DNA from: Convolutriloba macropyga
Taxonomy: Eukaryota
DNA length: 64,000 bases
Direction of reading: 5' to 3'
Assembly (NCBI RefSeq): GCF_964194025.1
Contig: NC_134469.1
Coordinates: 17,484,001 to 17,548,000 of the forward strand
Below are positions 63,201 through 64,000 of the stretch, in pieces. The position numbers and the translations under genes are program-made. The notes beneath the pieces are model-generated. The model had not been told where the DNA came from. It saw only the letters and a list, made by a program, of their open reading frames with translations, and did not search any database. Within the stretch, counting starts at the first letter, position 1. Each line of letters starts with the position of its first letter.

Positions 63201-64000
63201 GTACCAAGTAGAAAACATAGTCAACAAAATGGTTTCATTACAGGTTGTAAACCACTTGCTTCAACGATGGGAAAAAGAAGTATTTTTGTAGATTTAATTC
63301 TGTGTGTCGATTATTTTGGAAAAACTGCAGGAAAAATAGGAAAAAAAAATTTAATGCAAAATTGTTTTTCAACCAAAATCCAACAACTTTCACCTCACTT
63401 ACAAAAATTCTAAAATCAATTTTATGGTTACCAAAGGCTCATTTTTTTTATGTTGAAACTAAATCTTGAAAAGTCAAAATGATTGACAAAATATTTATGG
63501 AAATATGATTTTTTGCCAGTTGACATCTATAGCTTGATGTGTCTAGTAAATTTCGATGATAATAATGTATTTAATGCAGGTCCATGAATAAGTATTCTTT
63601 GGTTGCTTTGATAAAATTCTGCAATAAAGAATAATTGAATATGATTGATTTATACCAAATGAAATTGATTCAACCACAACCCGAGTTAAGGGAATTTTTT
63701 TTAAACTTTATAAACAAATTTTTAAAGTTTTGGAAAAAAGATGCATTGTATTTATATAAATTTATAAATTTCGGCAACTTTTTGCATTATTTTGTTAATT
63801 TTGATAATTTAATGCAGTAATTTATAAACAGCTTGCAAATTAACGCATTTTTTCTAAACTATATACGAACACCTAGATTAATTTATAATTAAAATTTGTA
63901 AAAAAAAAGCAACAATTTGCAAACTACAGCGGACGTTGTGGTTTGAACTGTTTCTGACTTTATAAGCAATTATGGTGCCTCTAAAAAGGAATCTCAAAAT

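Noticed and set aside
55700-64000. Short ORFs in the distal AT-rich region
   Set aside because: No recognisable motifs, low-complexity F/K/I/L composition and no supported exon structure.

Overview
AT-rich, repeat-dense eukaryotic (metazoan-like) genomic window with one 200-N gap (19947-20146). No prokaryotic operons, CRISPR-Cas loci or RNA genes are evident. (1) A very young, structurally complete BEL/Pao LTR retrotransposon (36179-46059) has 167-bp LTRs identical by eye, an AACAG target-site duplication and a single 2252-aa gag-pol ORF. It also has an unusually long (~2.67 kb) 5' leader holding an 11-bp microarray, two clusters of a GGTYTCAGACGTYACC motif and an A/B-alternating 174-bp hairpin array. 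(2) An older, decayed BEL/Pao element (~975-9060) has part of its gag triplicated together with upstream flank. (3) A minus-strand host gene has two ~1-kb exons (17747-16757, 15506-14517) that splice in frame into a signal-peptide protein with tandem NIDO-like domains, each carrying a ~90-110 aa Cys-containing insertion. (4) A 7.3-kb composite tandem array (965- and 727-bp monomers) is built from pieces of its own flanks. (5) The rest includes two decayed LINEs, a foldback MITE with TSD and an empty paralogous site, a ~245-bp palindrome, local duplications and G-rich tracts. All alignments were done by eye; no database searches were run.
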